64,000 nt of DNA from Tagaea sp. (GCA_965279525.1 CBDIIB010000005.1:1088001-1152000), one strand, 5' to 3'. Shown: positions 10,233 to 21,117, counted from the first letter of the stretch. Numbers and translations: made by a program. Notes: generated from the letters alone by a model not told the origin.

Positions 10233-13076
10233 ATGGAACTCGACGTCCTGCCCCGCGAGATCGCCAACCAGCGCGCGATCCTCGACCGCCGTACGGTCGA
10301 CGCGCGCCTTGCCGAGATCGCCGAAGCGACCGAGGGCAAGCCGGAGCTGCGCCGTTCGCGCGCCCTCGAGGCGCTGAAGGCGGCCTTGGCCGACGGCCGC
10401 GCGGAGATCCGCGAGCGTTTCGAATCGCGTACGGCCACCGGCGGCCAGACGATGCGCGCCAACGCCTTCCTGATCGACCAGCTCGTGCGCCTCGTCTACG
10501 ACTTCGCCGAGCGCCACGTCTATCCGGTCGCCAACCCGACGATGGCCGAGCGCGTGACGATCGCCGCGGTCGGCGGCTATGGCCGCGCCGAGATGTCGCC
10601 GCAGTCGGACATCGACCTGCTGTTCGTGCGCCCCTACAAGTCGAACCCGCGCATCGAGCAGATGGTCGAGTTCGAGCTCTACATGCTGTGGGACATGGGC
10701 CTGAAGGTGGGCCACGCGACCCGCTCGATCGAGGAGTGCCTGCGCCTGGCGCGCGAGGACTACACGATCCGCACGGCCCTGCTCGAAAGCCGCTATTTGT
10801 GGGGCGACGACAAGCTGTTCGCGGAACTCAAGAAGCGCTTCTTCACAGAGGTCGCCAAGGGCACGGCGGCGGAGTTCGTCGAGGCCAAGCTCGAGGAGCG
10901 CAACCAGCGCCACCAGCGCACCGGCGATTCGCGCTACGTGCTCGAACCCAACGTCAAGGACGGCAAGGGCGGGCTTCGCGACCTGCACACGCTGTTCTGG
11001 ATCGGCAAGTACCTGCACAGGGTCGAGCAGGTATCGGACCTGGTGCTGAAGGGCGTTTTCACGGCCGAGGAGGCCGCGAAATTCGACAAGTGCCAGGAAT
11101 TCCTGTGGAGCGTGCGCTGCCACCTGCATTACGTGACGGGACGCCCCGAGGACCGGCTGACCTTCGACGTGCAGGGCGAGATCGGCCGGCGCATGGGCTA
11201 CACCGACCATCGCGGGACGCGCGGCGTCGAGCGCTTCATGAAGCACTATTTCCTCGTCGCCAAGGACGTGGGCGATCTCACGCGCATCTTCTGCTCGGCC
11301 CTCGAGATCGAGGAAGGCAAGAAGGCGCGCTTCGACGTGGGCACGGTCGGCAAGCTGTTCAAGCGCGGCGGGATCAAGCTCGACGACGGGCGCTTCGCGA
11401 TCGAGAGCGGGCGCATCACCGTGGCGCGCGGCGACGCGTTCGAGAAGGATCCGGTCAATTTCCTGCGCCTGTTCCGCGTGGCGCAGGAGAACGATCTCGA
11501 CGTGCATCCCTATGCGCTGCGCCTGATCCGCCAGTCGCTGCGGCTGGTCGACGGGACCTTGCGTGCCAATCCGGAAGCCAACCGGCTGTTCATGGAAATC
11601 CTGACCGACAGCCGCGCCGAGATCGCGTTGCGCCGGCTCAACGAGGCGGGCGTGTTCGGGCGATTCATCCCGGATTTCGGGCGCGTCGTGGCCCAGATGC
11701 AGCACGACATGTATCACGTGTATACGGTCGACGAGCACACGATCTTCGCGATCGGCATCCTGCACCGCATCGAGGCGGGCCAGCTCAAGGCCGACCATCC
11801 GCTGGCGAGCGAAGTGATCCACCAGATCGAATCGCGCCGCGCGCTCTACCTCGCGATTTTCCTGCATGACATCGCCAAGGGCCGCGGCGGTGACCATGCG
11901 GTGCTGGGTGCGGAAATCGCGATGAAGCTCGGGCCGCGCCTGGGCCTCAGCGAGGAAGAGACCGAGACGGCCGCATGGCTGGTGCGCGCGCACCTGTGGA
12001 TGTCGGCCACCGCCTTCAAGCGCGACATCCAGGACCCGCAGGCGATCCGCGCCTTCATCGAACACGTGCAGAGCCCCGAGCGCCTGCGCCTGCTCTTGTG
12101 CCTGACGGTCGCCGACATCCGCGCGGTGGGCCCCGGCGTGTGGAACAACTGGAAGGCCGCGTTGCTGCGCGAGCTCTACTACCGCGCCACGGAAGCGCTC
12201 GCCGGCAATTTCGGCGAGAGCGGCACGCTGCAGCGCGTCGCGGCGGCGCAGGCCCGCCTCAAGGAAGAGCTCAAGGACTGGAGCGAGAAGGACTTCGCCT
12301 GGTACGCGGGCCTCGGCTATCCGGCCTACTGGCTGTCGCTGGATGCGGGCACCCAGGCGCGCCACGCGCGCTTCGTGCGCGAGGCCGAGCGGGCACAGCT
12401 GCCGCTCGCCATCGACACGCGCATCGACCGGGCGCGCGCCATCACCGAGATCACGATCTATACCGACGACCATCCCGGCCTGTTCGCGCGCATCGCCGGC
12501 GCCATCGCCGTGGCGGGCGCCAACATCGTGGCAGCCAACGTCTTCACGCTGTCGAACGGCCGCGCACTCGACACGTTCTCGATCCAGGCGGTCTCGGGCG
12601 ATCTCGACGGACAGCCTTCGGCCTACGACCGGCCGGAGAAGCTCGCGCGCCTTTCCACGCATATCGAGCACGCGCTGGGCGGGCGCCTGCGCCTGCGCGA
12701 GCATCTCGACAGACGCCCGGCAATCCCCAGCCGCATGCGCGTGTTCACCGTGCCGCCGCGCGTGCTGATCGACAATTCGGCGTCGAAGTACCACACGCTG
12801 ATCGAGGTCAACGGCCGCGACCGCGTGGGCTTCCTCTACGACGTGACGGCCGCGATCACGGCACTCGGCCTGTCGATCCGCACGGCCAAGATCACGACCT
12901 ACGGCGAACGCGCGGTCGACGTCTTCTACGTGGTCGACATCTTCGGCCAGAAGATCCTCGAGGAATCGAAGCTCGCGCGCATCCGCACGACGATGCTCTC
13001 GGCCATCGCGGATCCCGACGCGCCCGTCGAGCCGCCGCGGATCCGCAAGACCGTCGCCACCAAAGCAGCGGAGTAG
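10233..13076 (+). CDS. glnD: [Protein-PII] uridylyltransferase/uridylyl-removing enzyme
   Basis: AVGGYGR..SDIDLLF nucleotidyltransferase motif, EPNVKDGKGGLRD, YTVDEH/HDIAKGR HD domain, two ACT domains. Confidence 0.97.
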   Translation: MELDVLPREIANQRAILDRRTVDARLAEIAEATEGKPELRRSRALEALKAALADGRAEIRERFESRTATGGQTMRANAFLIDQLVRLVYDFAERHVYPVANPTMAERVTIAAVGGYGRAEMSPQSDIDLLFVRPYKSNPRIEQMVEFELYMLWDMGLKVGHATRSIEECLRLAREDYTIRTALLESRYLWGDDKLFAELKKRFFTEVAKGTAAEFVEAKLEERNQRHQRTGDSRYVLEPNVKDGKGGLRDLHTLFWIGKYLHRVEQVSDLVLKGVFTAEEAAKFDKCQEFLWSVRCHLHYVTGRPEDRLTFDVQGEIGRRMGYTDHRGTRGVERFMKHYFLVAKDVGDLTRIFCSALEIEEGKKARFDVGTVGKLFKRGGIKLDDGRFAIESGRITVARGDAFEKDPVNFLRLFRVAQENDLDVHPYALRLIRQSLRLVDGTLRANPEANRLFMEILTDSRAEIALRRLNEAGVFGRFIPDFGRVVAQMQHDMYHVYTVDEHTIFAIGILHRIEAGQLKADHPLASEVIHQIESRRALYLAIFLHDIAKGRGGDHAVLGAEIAMKLGPRLGLSEEETETAAWLVRAHLWMSATAFKRDIQDPQAIRAFIEHVQSPERLRLLLCLTVADIRAVGPGVWNNWKAALLRELYYRATEALAGNFGESGTLQRVAAAQARLKEELKDWSEKDFAWYAGLGYPAYWLSLDAGTQARHARFVREAERAQLPLAIDTRIDRARAITEITIYTDDHPGLFARIAGAIAVAGANIVAANVFTLSNGRALDTFSIQAVSGDLDGQPSAYDRPEKLARLSTHIEHALGGRLRLREHLDRRPAIPSRMRVFTVPPRVLIDNSASKYHTLIEVNGRDRVGFLYDVTAAITALGLSIRTAKITTYGERAVDVFYVVDIFGQKILEESKLARIRTTMLSAIADPDAPVEPPRIRKTVATKAAE

Positions 13077-13080
13077 CAAG

Positions 13081-13365
13081 ATGGCCCCCTCCCCACCCGA
13101 CGAGATCCGCGCACGCGCCACGCTGCCGGGCATGACGCTGGAGATCGTCCACCGGCCGGCTGATGCAAGCGGGCCCGAGACGATCGGCCTGCTCATCAAG
13201 GGTGCCCCGAACCTGCCGGGCATGAACGAGATGCTGTCGCTGCCCGGCCCCGGCGGGGCCGGTCTCGATCCGATGACGCTGTGGCTCGACATCACGCGCC
13301 AGGCCTGGGCGCCGTGGCTGGCGCTGTGGGGTCTTTCGGCGGGCCCGAGCGGACCCAAGCGCTGA
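13081..13365 (+). CDS. Small hypothetical protein
   Basis: 94 aa filling the glnD-murJ gap, GGAG RBS, Trp-rich C-terminus ([19 protein letters not shown]). Confidence 0.65.
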   Translation: MAPSPPDEIRARATLPGMTLEIVHRPADASGPETIGLLIKGAPNLPGMNEMLSLPGPGGAGLDPMTLWLDITRQAWAPWLALWGLSAGPSGPKR

Positions 13366-13373
13366 AAGCTTCG

Positions 13374-14921
13374 ATGTCGCTCGCACGGCCCATCGCCACC
13401 GTCGGCTTCTACACGATGGCCAGCCGCGTGCTGGGCTTCGTGCGCGACATGCTGGTGGCGGCATATCTGGGTGCCGGGCCAGTCGCCGACGCGTTCTTCG
13501 TCGCGTTCAAGTTCCCCAACTTCTTCCGCCGGCTGTTCGCCGAGGGCGCGTTCGCTTCCGCCTTCGTGCCGATGTTCGCCGGCATGCTGGCGGTGCGAGG
13601 GCCCGTCGCCGCGCGCGACTTCGCGCAGTCCACGCTTGCCGTCCTGCTGGTCGTGCTGTTCGCGCTGACCGCCGTCGCGGAGTTCGCGATGCCGTGGATC
13701 ATCGCGGTCATCGCGCCGGGCTTCGCGGGCGATCCGGCGCGCGCCACGCTCGCGGTCGAGTTCGCGCGCATCACGTTTCCCTATCTGCTGTTCATCAGCC
13801 TCGTCTCGCTGCAGGGCGGCGTGCTGAACTCGCTCGACCGCTTCGCCGCCGTCGCGGCGACTCCGATCCTCTTGAACCTGTGCATGATCGGCGGGCTGCT
13901 GGCACTCGTCGGAACCCTTCCCACGCCGGGCCACGCGCTGTCGTGGGGCGTGCTGGCGGCGGGGCTCGCGCAGTTCCTGTTCCTCGCCTGGGCCTGCCGG
14001 CGGGCCGGCATGGCACTGCGCCTGCCCGTCCCGCGCGTGTCGATCGAGGTGAAGACGCTGCTGAAGCGCATGCTCCCGGTGGCGCTGGGTTCCGGGGCGG
14101 CCCAGATCAATCTCGTGATCGACATCGTCATGGCCTCGCTGCTGTCGGCGGGATCGATCAGCTGGCTCTATTACGCCGACCGCGTCTACGAACTGCCGCT
14201 GGCCGTGATCGGCATCGCCATCGGTACCGCCCTGCTGCCGCGCCTGTCGCGCCAGGTCCGCACCGGCGAACTTGCCGATGCACAGGTCACGCAGAACCGG
14301 GCTCTGGAAGCGGCCATGCTGCTGACGCTGCCGGCGGCTGCGGCCCTGATCGTGCTGGCAGGGCCCATCGTGGGCGCGCTGTTCGAGCGCGGCGCCTTCA
14401 CGCCGGCCGACGTGCGGGCAAGTTCGGCGGCCCTCATCGCCTATACGCTCGGCCTGCCGGCCTATGTCGCGGTCAAGGTGCTGGCCCCGGCCTTCTACGC
14501 GCGCGAAGACACGAAAACGCCGGTCAAGATCGCCGTGCTGTGCGTGGTCGTGAACACGATCGTGGGCTTCACGGCCATGCAGTATGTCGGGCATGTCGGG
14601 CTGGCGGCGGCGACGGCATTTTCGGCCACGCTCAACGCCGTGCTGCTGTGGCGCGCCCTTGCCCGCAGCGGACACTTTTTGGCAGACGCACGATTGCGCG
14701 CGCGTCTGCCGCGCCAGTTGGCCGCGACCGCCGCGATGGCGGTCCTGCTGTGGCTGGCCCTCGGGGTGGCGGCCCCGTTCCTCGAGCCGCAGGGCGCCTC
14801 GCGCTACATGGCGCTTGGCGGACTGATCGGACTGGGGCTTGCCGGCTACGGCCTGGCGGCACTGGCGACGCGCGCGGCCCTGCCGGGCGATATAAGGGCG
14901 ATTTTCGCACGCCGGTCTTGA
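13374..14921 (+). CDS. murJ: Lipid II flippase MurJ (MviN)
   Basis: [45 protein letters not shown]; multiple TM segments. Confidence 0.96.
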   Translation: MSLARPIATVGFYTMASRVLGFVRDMLVAAYLGAGPVADAFFVAFKFPNFFRRLFAEGAFASAFVPMFAGMLAVRGPVAARDFAQSTLAVLLVVLFALTAVAEFAMPWIIAVIAPGFAGDPARATLAVEFARITFPYLLFISLVSLQGGVLNSLDRFAAVAATPILLNLCMIGGLLALVGTLPTPGHALSWGVLAAGLAQFLFLAWACRRAGMALRLPVPRVSIEVKTLLKRMLPVALGSGAAQINLVIDIVMASLLSAGSISWLYYADRVYELPLAVIGIAIGTALLPRLSRQVRTGELADAQVTQNRALEAAMLLTLPAAAALIVLAGPIVGALFERGAFTPADVRASSAALIAYTLGLPAYVAVKVLAPAFYAREDTKTPVKIAVLCVVVNTIVGFTAMQYVGHVGLAAATAFSATLNAVLLWRALARSGHFLADARLRARLPRQLAATAAMAVLLWLALGVAAPFLEPQGASRYMALGGLIGLGLAGYGLAALATRAALPGDIRAIFARRS

Positions 14922-14956
14922 TAAGTGGCGGCCGAGCGGCGATAAACCCGCCCGTC

Positions 14957-15955
14957 ATGAACCGCATCTTTTCGGGCATCCAGCCCACCGGCAACCTGCA
15001 TCTGGGCAACTACCTGGGCGCCATCCGCAACTGGGTGAAGCTGCAGCGCGACTTCGAGTGCATCTTCTGCATCGTCGACCTGCACGCGATCACGGTGCCG
15101 CAGGAGCCGGCGGCCCTGATAAAGGCGACCCGCGAGGTCACGGCGGCCTATATCGCCTGCGGCATCGACCCCGAGGCCTGCACGATCTTCAACCAGTCGA
15201 CCGTCTCGACCCATGCCGAGCTTGCCTGGACGCTGGGCTGCATGACGCCGCTGGGCTGGCTCAACCGCATGACCCAGTTCAAGGAGAAGGCGGGCAAGCA
15301 GCGCGACGACGCGGGCCTCGGCCTCTACGCCTATCCCGTGCTGATGGCGGCCGACATCCTCGCCTACAAGGCGACGCATGTGCCCGTCGGAGAGGACCAG
15401 AAACAGCATCTGGAGCTGGCGCGCGACATCGCGGGCGCCTTCAACCGGCGCTACAACGTCGAATATTTCCCGCTGCCCGAGCCGCAGATCTTCGGCACCG
15501 CCACGCGCGTGATGAGCCTGCGCGACGGCACGCGCAAGATGAGCAAGTCCGAGCCTTCCGAGCAGAGCCGCATCAACCTCACCGACGATGCCGACGCCAT
15601 CGCCCAGAAGGTCCGCCGCGCCAAGACCGACCCGCTCGAGCTGCCGGATTCGCTCAAGGGGCTGGAAGGCCGGCCCGAGGCCGAGAACCTGCTCGGCATC
15701 TATGCGGCCCTCACCGACAAGTCGCTCGAAGCGGTCGTCCTCGAATTCGCCGGCGCGCAGTTCTCGACCTTCAAGGGGGCGCTTGCCGACGTGGCCGTGG
15801 CGGTGCTGTCGCCGATCACGGCCGAGATGAACCGCCTGATGGCCGATCCGGCCAGCATCGACGCGATCCTGCGCCGCGGTGCCGACCGGGCGGGCGCCAT
15901 CGCCCAGCGCCATATCCGCGAAATCTACGATCTGGTCGGCTTCCTGCGGCCCTAA
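14957..15955 (+). CDS. trpS: Tryptophan--tRNA ligase
   Basis: [18 protein letters not shown] (HIGH-like), [25 protein letters not shown]. Confidence 0.97.
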   Translation: MNRIFSGIQPTGNLHLGNYLGAIRNWVKLQRDFECIFCIVDLHAITVPQEPAALIKATREVTAAYIACGIDPEACTIFNQSTVSTHAELAWTLGCMTPLGWLNRMTQFKEKAGKQRDDAGLGLYAYPVLMAADILAYKATHVPVGEDQKQHLELARDIAGAFNRRYNVEYFPLPEPQIFGTATRVMSLRDGTRKMSKSEPSEQSRINLTDDADAIAQKVRRAKTDPLELPDSLKGLEGRPEAENLLGIYAALTDKSLEAVVLEFAGAQFSTFKGALADVAVAVLSPITAEMNRLMADPASIDAILRRGADRAGAIAQRHIREIYDLVGFLRP

Positions 15956-15973
15956 CCGCTTGCCCGGCGGTTA
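15953..15973. terminator. Hairpin at the trpS 3' end (possible terminator or operator)
   Basis: TAACCGC-ttgcccg-GCGGTTA inverted repeat; no clear U tract. Confidence 0.3.
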
Positions 15974-16019
15974 AGGCAGGCGCATTCTTCGGACTCGTTC
16001 CGGAGGCGCCTGCAGTCTC

Positions 16020-16961
16020 GTGCTGATCTACCTGCCGATTGCCGAAATATCGGTCGACATTTTCGTGCTGCTGCTTCTGGGAGGCGGCGTTGGCTTCCTC
16101 TCGGGCCTGTTCGGCGTGGGCGGCGGATTCCTGATGACGCCGCTCCTCATCTTCATCGGCATCCCGGCGACCGTCGCGGTCGGATCGGAAGCCGCCCAGA
16201 TCGTCGCGGCGTCGGTCTCGGGCGTCATCGCCCACATGCGGCGCGGCAACGTCGATTTCCGCATGGGCGGCGTGCTGCTGGCCGGCGGCCTCGTCGGATC
16301 GACGATCGGCGTGCAGATCTTCAAGATCCTGCAGGGCCTCGGCCAGATCGACCTGGTGATCTCGCTCGCCTTCGTGATCGTGCTGGGCGTGATCGGCTCG
16401 CTGATGCTGGTGGAATCGCTGCGCACGGCGCACAGCCGCGCGCGCCTGCGGCGCAGCGGGGCCGGCCCCGTGCACGCGCGCCTGCATGCGCACACCTGGT
16501 TCCATGGCCTGCCCTTCAAGATGCGTTTTCCGCGCTCCAAGCTCTATATCAGCGCGCTCGCCCCGTTCTCGATCGGCGCTTTCGTGGGCGTGCTCTCGGC
16601 CCTGATGGGCGTGGGCGGCGGCTTCATCATGGTGCCGGCGATGATCTACCTGCTCGGCATGCCCACGTCGGTCGTCATCGGCACGTCGCTGTTCCAGATC
16701 GTGTTCGTCACGGCCAACGTCACGTTCCTGCAGGCCTGGCAGAACTTCACGGTCGACATCTTCCTTGCCCTGCTGCTGCTCGTCGGCGGCGTGGTCGGCG
16801 CCCAGTTCGGCGCGCGCGCGGGCGCCAAGCTGCGCGGCGAGCAGCTGCGCGGACTGCTCGCGCTCCTCGTGCTGGCAGTGGCGGTGAAGCTGCTGTTCGA
16901 TCTCGTCTCGACGCCCGGGGATCTCTACTCGATCGGCAACCCGGTCGGAGGGAGACACTGA
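16020..16961 (+). CDS. Sulfite exporter TauE/SafE family membrane protein (copy 1)
   Basis: YLPIAE N-terminus, repeated GLFGVGGGF / LMGVGGGF motifs, GTSLFQI. Confidence 0.9.
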   Translation: MLIYLPIAEISVDIFVLLLLGGGVGFLSGLFGVGGGFLMTPLLIFIGIPATVAVGSEAAQIVAASVSGVIAHMRRGNVDFRMGGVLLAGGLVGSTIGVQIFKILQGLGQIDLVISLAFVIVLGVIGSLMLVESLRTAHSRARLRRSGAGPVHARLHAHTWFHGLPFKMRFPRSKLYISALAPFSIGAFVGVLSALMGVGGGFIMVPAMIYLLGMPTSVVIGTSLFQIVFVTANVTFLQAWQNFTVDIFLALLLLVGGVVGAQFGARAGAKLRGEQLRGLLALLVLAVAVKLLFDLVSTPGDLYSIGNPVGGRH

Positions 16962-16962
16962 C

Positions 16963-17901
16963 ATGGCGCTGGTCCCCGTCTATCTGCCGATGGCCGAGAC
17001 CGCGATCGACGGCGTGCTGCTCGTGGGCATCGGCGGCGGCGTGGGCCTGCTGTCGGGCCTGTTCGGCGTGGGCGGCGGGTTCCTCATAACGCCGCTGCTC
17101 ATCTTTCTCGGCGTGCCGCCGGCGATCGCGGCGGCGACGGGGGCCAACACCGTCATCGCCTCGTCGGCGTCGGGCGCGCTCGCGCACTGGAAGCGCGGCA
17201 CGCTCGACGTGAAGATGGGGCTCCTGCTGCTGGCCGGCGGGCTGGTCGGCTCGGGTGCAAGCGTCGGGCTCTTCGGTATCCTCAGCGCCATGGGCCAGAT
17301 CGACCTGGTCGTCGCCCTTTCCTATGTCGTGCTGCTGGGCTCGGTCGGCGCGATGATGTTCGCCGAGAGCGTGCGCGCGATGCTGCCGGGCGTGCGCAAG
17401 GCGGACGCGGCGCGCGTGGCGGTGGGGGCGAACCTGCCGTGGCGCATGTCGTTCCCGCGTTCGGGCATCGAGACGAGCGCGCTGACGCCGGTCCTGCTGG
17501 GCTTCTTCGTCGGCGTGCTGACCGGCCTGATGGGTGTCGGCGGCGGCTTCCTTCTCGTGCCCGCGATGATCTACTTGCTGGCGATGCCCACGACGACCGT
17601 CGTGGGCACGTCGCTGTTCCAGATCCTGTTCGTTTCGGCCAACGTCACGTTCCTGCAGGCGTGGTCGCACCACACGGTCGACATCGTGCTCGCAGCACTG
17701 CTGATCGCCGGCGGCGTGGTCGCGGCCCCTTATGGCGCGCGCCTCGGCGCGAAGCTGGGTGCTGCACGCCTGCGCATCCTGCTCGCCCTCCTCGTGCTCG
17801 CCGTCGCCATCGGCCTCGGTGTGGGCCTCGTGCGCCAGCCGGACGACATCTACTCGATCCGGTTCGACGTGACCGGACCCTTGAAGGACGAAACGCCGTG
17901 A
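16963..17901 (+). CDS. Sulfite exporter TauE/SafE family membrane protein (copy 2, tandem paralog)
   Basis: YLPMAE, GLFGVGGGF, LMGVGGGF, GTSLFQI; co-linear with the upstream copy. Confidence 0.9.
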   Translation: MALVPVYLPMAETAIDGVLLVGIGGGVGLLSGLFGVGGGFLITPLLIFLGVPPAIAAATGANTVIASSASGALAHWKRGTLDVKMGLLLLAGGLVGSGASVGLFGILSAMGQIDLVVALSYVVLLGSVGAMMFAESVRAMLPGVRKADAARVAVGANLPWRMSFPRSGIETSALTPVLLGFFVGVLTGLMGVGGGFLLVPAMIYLLAMPTTTVVGTSLFQILFVSANVTFLQAWSHHTVDIVLAALLIAGGVVAAPYGARLGAKLGAARLRILLALLVLAVAIGLGVGLVRQPDDIYSIRFDVTGPLKDETP

Positions 17902-18629
17902 TCCGCGCCCTCCTCCTTGCCGCTTTCGTCCTGCTTGCGTCCGGCCCTGCGCGCGCGCAGGCGCTGATCGCCGACCTGTCGAGCCACCTGATCGCGATCA
18001 CGACCGGCTTTGCCGGCACCGAGCTGCTGCTGTTCGGCGCCACCGAGGGCGAAGGCGACGTCGTGGTCATCGTGCGTGGGCCGGAGGGCGAGACCTCGGT
18101 GCGCCGCAAGGCGCGCGTCGCGGGCATCTGGATCAACCGCGACGAGCTGCGCTTTTCCGGCGTGCCGACCTTCTACCGGATCGCGTCGTCCAAGCCGCTC
18201 GCCGATTTCGTTCCGCTGGCGCTGCGCCAGCGCCACCAGATCGGCGTCGACTTCCTGCGCCTTGCCCCCCAGCGCGAGGTCGGCTCGGAAGAGCTCGCCG
18301 CCTTCCGCGCCGGCATGGTGCGCAACAAGGAGGCGCAGAAACTCTACGAGCCGGAGGTCGGCCGCGTGAATTTCCTCGGGCCCCGGCTGTTCCGCACGCG
18401 CATCCTGTTCCCGGCCAACGTGCCGACCGGCAACTACTCGGTCGAAGTGCTTCTGATCCGCGGCGGCCAGGTCATCGCCGCACAGACCACGCCGATGTTC
18501 GTCAGCAAGGTCGGCTTCGGTGCCGACGTCTACGATTTCGCGCACGAATGGGCCGCACTCTACGGCCTGATCGCGATCCTTCTCGCCGTATCGGCCGGCT
18601 GGGCCGCCGGCCTCATCTTCAGGAAATAG
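17898..18629 (+). CDS. TIGR02186 family protein (conserved partner of TauE/SafE in alphaproteobacteria)
   Basis: GTG start overlapping the upstream stop; signal peptide, LIADLS..IAITTGFAGTELLLFGA, VRRKARVAGIWIN, C-terminal TM helix. Confidence 0.85.
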   Translation: MIRALLLAAFVLLASGPARAQALIADLSSHLIAITTGFAGTELLLFGATEGEGDVVVIVRGPEGETSVRRKARVAGIWINRDELRFSGVPTFYRIASSKPLADFVPLALRQRHQIGVDFLRLAPQREVGSEELAAFRAGMVRNKEAQKLYEPEVGRVNFLGPRLFRTRILFPANVPTGNYSVEVLLIRGGQVIAAQTTPMFVSKVGFGADVYDFAHEWAALYGLIAILLAVSAGWAAGLIFRK

Positions 18630-18649
18630 CTGAAAGCGGGAGACAAGCC

Positions 18650-19132
18650 ATGCCGACCCGACAGCAACAGACCCAGCGCGTGTTCCTCGTCGTCGCCGAC
18701 CAGACGCCCGAGCTCAAGGTGGCGCTGCGTTTCGCCTGCCGGCGTGCGCGCCATTCCGGCGGCCGCGTGGCGATGCTCTACGTGACCGAGCCGGCCGAGG
18801 CGTCGGAATGGGTCGGCGTGGGCGAACTGATGCGCGAGGAGCGTCGCCAGGAAGCCGAGGCGAAACTGCAGGAGCTTTCGAGCCTCGTGCGCGAGCAGTC
18901 GGGCCAGATGCCGATGCTGCACGTGCGCGAGGGCGACCCGCGCGACGAGTTGCTGAAGCTGCTGGACGAGGAGCCGTCGATCTCGGTCCTCGTCCTGGGT
19001 GCGAGCACCACCGCGAAGGGACCGGGGCCGCTGATCGCGGCGCTGACCGGCAAGTACGCGAGCAAGCTGCGCGTCCCGCTCACGATCGTGCCCGGCAGTC
19101 TTGCCGACGAGGAAGTCGACGCGATTACCTGA
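18650..19132 (+). CDS. Universal stress protein
   Basis: FLVVAD..ELKVALRFACRRA, REGDPRDE, VLVLGAS..GPGPL, PLTIVPG. Confidence 0.9.
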   Translation: MPTRQQQTQRVFLVVADQTPELKVALRFACRRARHSGGRVAMLYVTEPAEASEWVGVGELMREERRQEAEAKLQELSSLVREQSGQMPMLHVREGDPRDELLKLLDEEPSISVLVLGASTTAKGPGPLIAALTGKYASKLRVPLTIVPGSLADEEVDAIT

Positions 19133-19135
19133 CCG

Positions 19136-20431
19136 TCAGGCCGGCTTCACGGTCGGGCAGGTGAACGCCTCGACCGGTTCGGCCACGCCCTTCAGCGCAT
19201 GGCGGCCGAGCGAGACGAGCGGCTCGGGGCATATCTCGGCGAAGGCGGCCGACACGATCAGTTCCTTGCCCAGCGTCTTGGCGAGGCTTTCCAGCCGCGT
19301 GACCACGTTGACCGACGGGCCGATCGCCGTGAAGTCGAGCCGGTCAGGTGCGCCGATATTGCCGTGGAAGATCTCGCCCGTGTGCAGGGCCGCGACGGCC
19401 GCCAGCGGGCGGGCATGGGCGAAAGCGGGATCGGCGTCCATCGCATGCGCCGCCGCCAGCGCGTCGCGCGCCGCACCCAGTGCGCCGCGCGCCGACATGC
19501 GCGCGAACTCGACGTCGGCGATCGGGAAGATCGCCAGCATGCCGTCGCCGACGAACTTCAGCACCTCGCCGCCATGGGCATGCACGGCGGCGACCTGGCG
19601 CTCGAACCACGCGTTCAGGAGTTCGATGACCTTGTCTGCCGGCAGCCGGTCGTTGAGGGCGGTGAAGCCGCGCATGTCGGTGGCGAGGATCGCGGCACGG
19701 ATCGCCTCGCCGGAGCCGCGGCGGATCTCGCCCGACAGCACGCGCGGGCCGGTCGACCGGCCCAGATAGAGCGACAGCAGGTCGCGCGAGATGCGCCGTT
19801 CTGTGACGAGGGCCAGCGGGCCGGCGAATTCCTCGGCGACCGTCTCGAGGGCGGCGATGTCGGCGTCGGTGAAGCCGCCTTGCTGCTTGGTCGCCCAGTT
19901 GCAGGCCTGGAAACGCCGCCGGTCGTCGGTCGGGGCGAAGCCCTGCAGGCGGATCGGATGGACGATGTAGTCCGTGTAACCCTGGGCCGCGAGATCGCCA
20001 AGGATCGGGAACCGGTATTCGTTGGCGCGCGGGTCGATGCGCTCGCGCACGGTCTCGCCGCGCTCGACGACCGGGGGGAAGGGGCTCGTCCGGTAGACCT
20101 CGGTCCGGCTGACCTCGTGCTCGACCAGCGCTTCCTCCGACTCCCCGATGTCGCGCCACCAGCGGATGCCGTAGCCGGAAAACTGCGGGTGGAGCAGCGC
20201 GACCGTGATCCCGGCCCGGTCGATCGGCAGGCCGGCGGCGACCATCCGCCAGCACAGCCCGTCGACCAGCTTGATGGGACTCCCGACCGCGTGGGCCGGC
20301 CCGCGCAGCCACGCCTTGATCGTGGCGAGCGATGCGGTCTTCGGGCGGGCCGGTTCCGGGCGCTTGAAGCGGCGCCGGCCATGGATGCCTGCGGGCCGGT
20401 TTTGCTGCAGTTGCGAAGGAGAGTCGCTCAA
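19136..20431 (-). CDS. Class III adenylate/guanylate cyclase with N-terminal GAF-like region
   Basis: ATDMRGFT, LKFVGDG, DFTAIGPSVNVVTRLE (both metal Asp, K/T specificity residues and N/R present); start codon uncertain. Confidence 0.9.
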   Translation of the reverse strand: MSDSPSQLQQNRPAGIHGRRRFKRPEPARPKTASLATIKAWLRGPAHAVGSPIKLVDGLCWRMVAAGLPIDRAGITVALLHPQFSGYGIRWWRDIGESEEALVEHEVSRTEVYRTSPFPPVVERGETVRERIDPRANEYRFPILGDLAAQGYTDYIVHPIRLQGFAPTDDRRRFQACNWATKQQGGFTDADIAALETVAEEFAGPLALVTERRISRDLLSLYLGRSTGPRVLSGEIRRGSGEAIRAAILATDMRGFTALNDRLPADKVIELLNAWFERQVAAVHAHGGEVLKFVGDGMLAIFPIADVEFARMSARGALGAARDALAAAHAMDADPAFAHARPLAAVAALHTGEIFHGNIGAPDRLDFTAIGPSVNVVTRLESLAKTLGKELIVSAAFAEICPEPLVSLGRHALKGVAEPVEAFTCPTVKPA

Positions 20432-20468
20432 GAAAAGTTCCTATATTTCAATATGTTGTAGCCGCGGC

Positions 20469-20497
20469 CTTGACAGACCCCACCTTTCGGCCCATTT
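20469..20497 (+). promoter_or_regulatory. RpoH (sigma32)-like promoter upstream of the NifU/Nfu gene
   Basis: CTTG-N18-CCCATTT. Confidence 0.5.
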
Positions 20498-20559
20498 CCA
20501 ACCCTACCGCACAGACCCCCTGCAGCGCCACCGCTGCCCGTCCCGGGAGTTTTACGCAA

Positions 20560-21117
20560 ATGTTCATCCAGACCGAAACCACGCCCAATCCGGCGACCCT
20601 CAAATTCCTACCGGGCCGCGAGGTCTTGACGGCCGGTTCGGCGGATTTCAAGTCGGCCGACGAAGCGGCTGCCCGCTCGCCGCTGGCCGCCAAGCTGTTC
20701 GGCGTCGAGGGCGTTTCGGGCGTGTTCCTGGGCACCGATTTCGTCACCGTGACCAAGCTCGACGACAAGGACTGGCACCTGATGAAGCCGGCCCTGCTGG
20801 GCGCCATCATGGAGCACTTCACGTCCGGCGCCCCGGCCCTGGCCGACGGCGGCGAGACGGCGCACGGCGAAGCGGCCGAAGGCGACGGCGAGCTCGTGCA
20901 GCAGATCATCGAGCTTCTCGACACCCGCGTGCGCCCGGCCGTGGCGCAGGACGGCGGCGACATCCTGTTCCAGAAATACGAGGACGGGATCGTCTATCTC
21001 CACATGCAGGGTTCCTGCTCGGGCTGCCCGTCCTCGACGGCCACGCTCAAGATGGGCATCGAGAACATGCTGCGCCACTACATCCCCGAAATCGTCGAGG
21101 TCCGCGCGGTCGCCTGA
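20560..21117 (+). CDS. NifU/Nfu family Fe-S cluster carrier
   Basis: MFIQTETTPNPATLKFLPG, VRPAVAQDGGDI, GSCSGCPSS (CxxC). Confidence 0.94.
   Translation: MFIQTETTPNPATLKFLPGREVLTAGSADFKSADEAAARSPLAAKLFGVEGVSGVFLGTDFVTVTKLDDKDWHLMKPALLGAIMEHFTSGAPALADGGETAHGEAAEGDGELVQQIIELLDTRVRPAVAQDGGDILFQKYEDGIVYLHMQGSCSGCPSSTATLKMGIENMLRHYIPEIVEVRAVA

Noticed and set aside
9741-14675. 1644-aa minus-strand ORF
   Set aside because: Antisense shadow of glnD/murJ typical of high-GC codon bias; only the last ~148 codons (lipoprotein) look real
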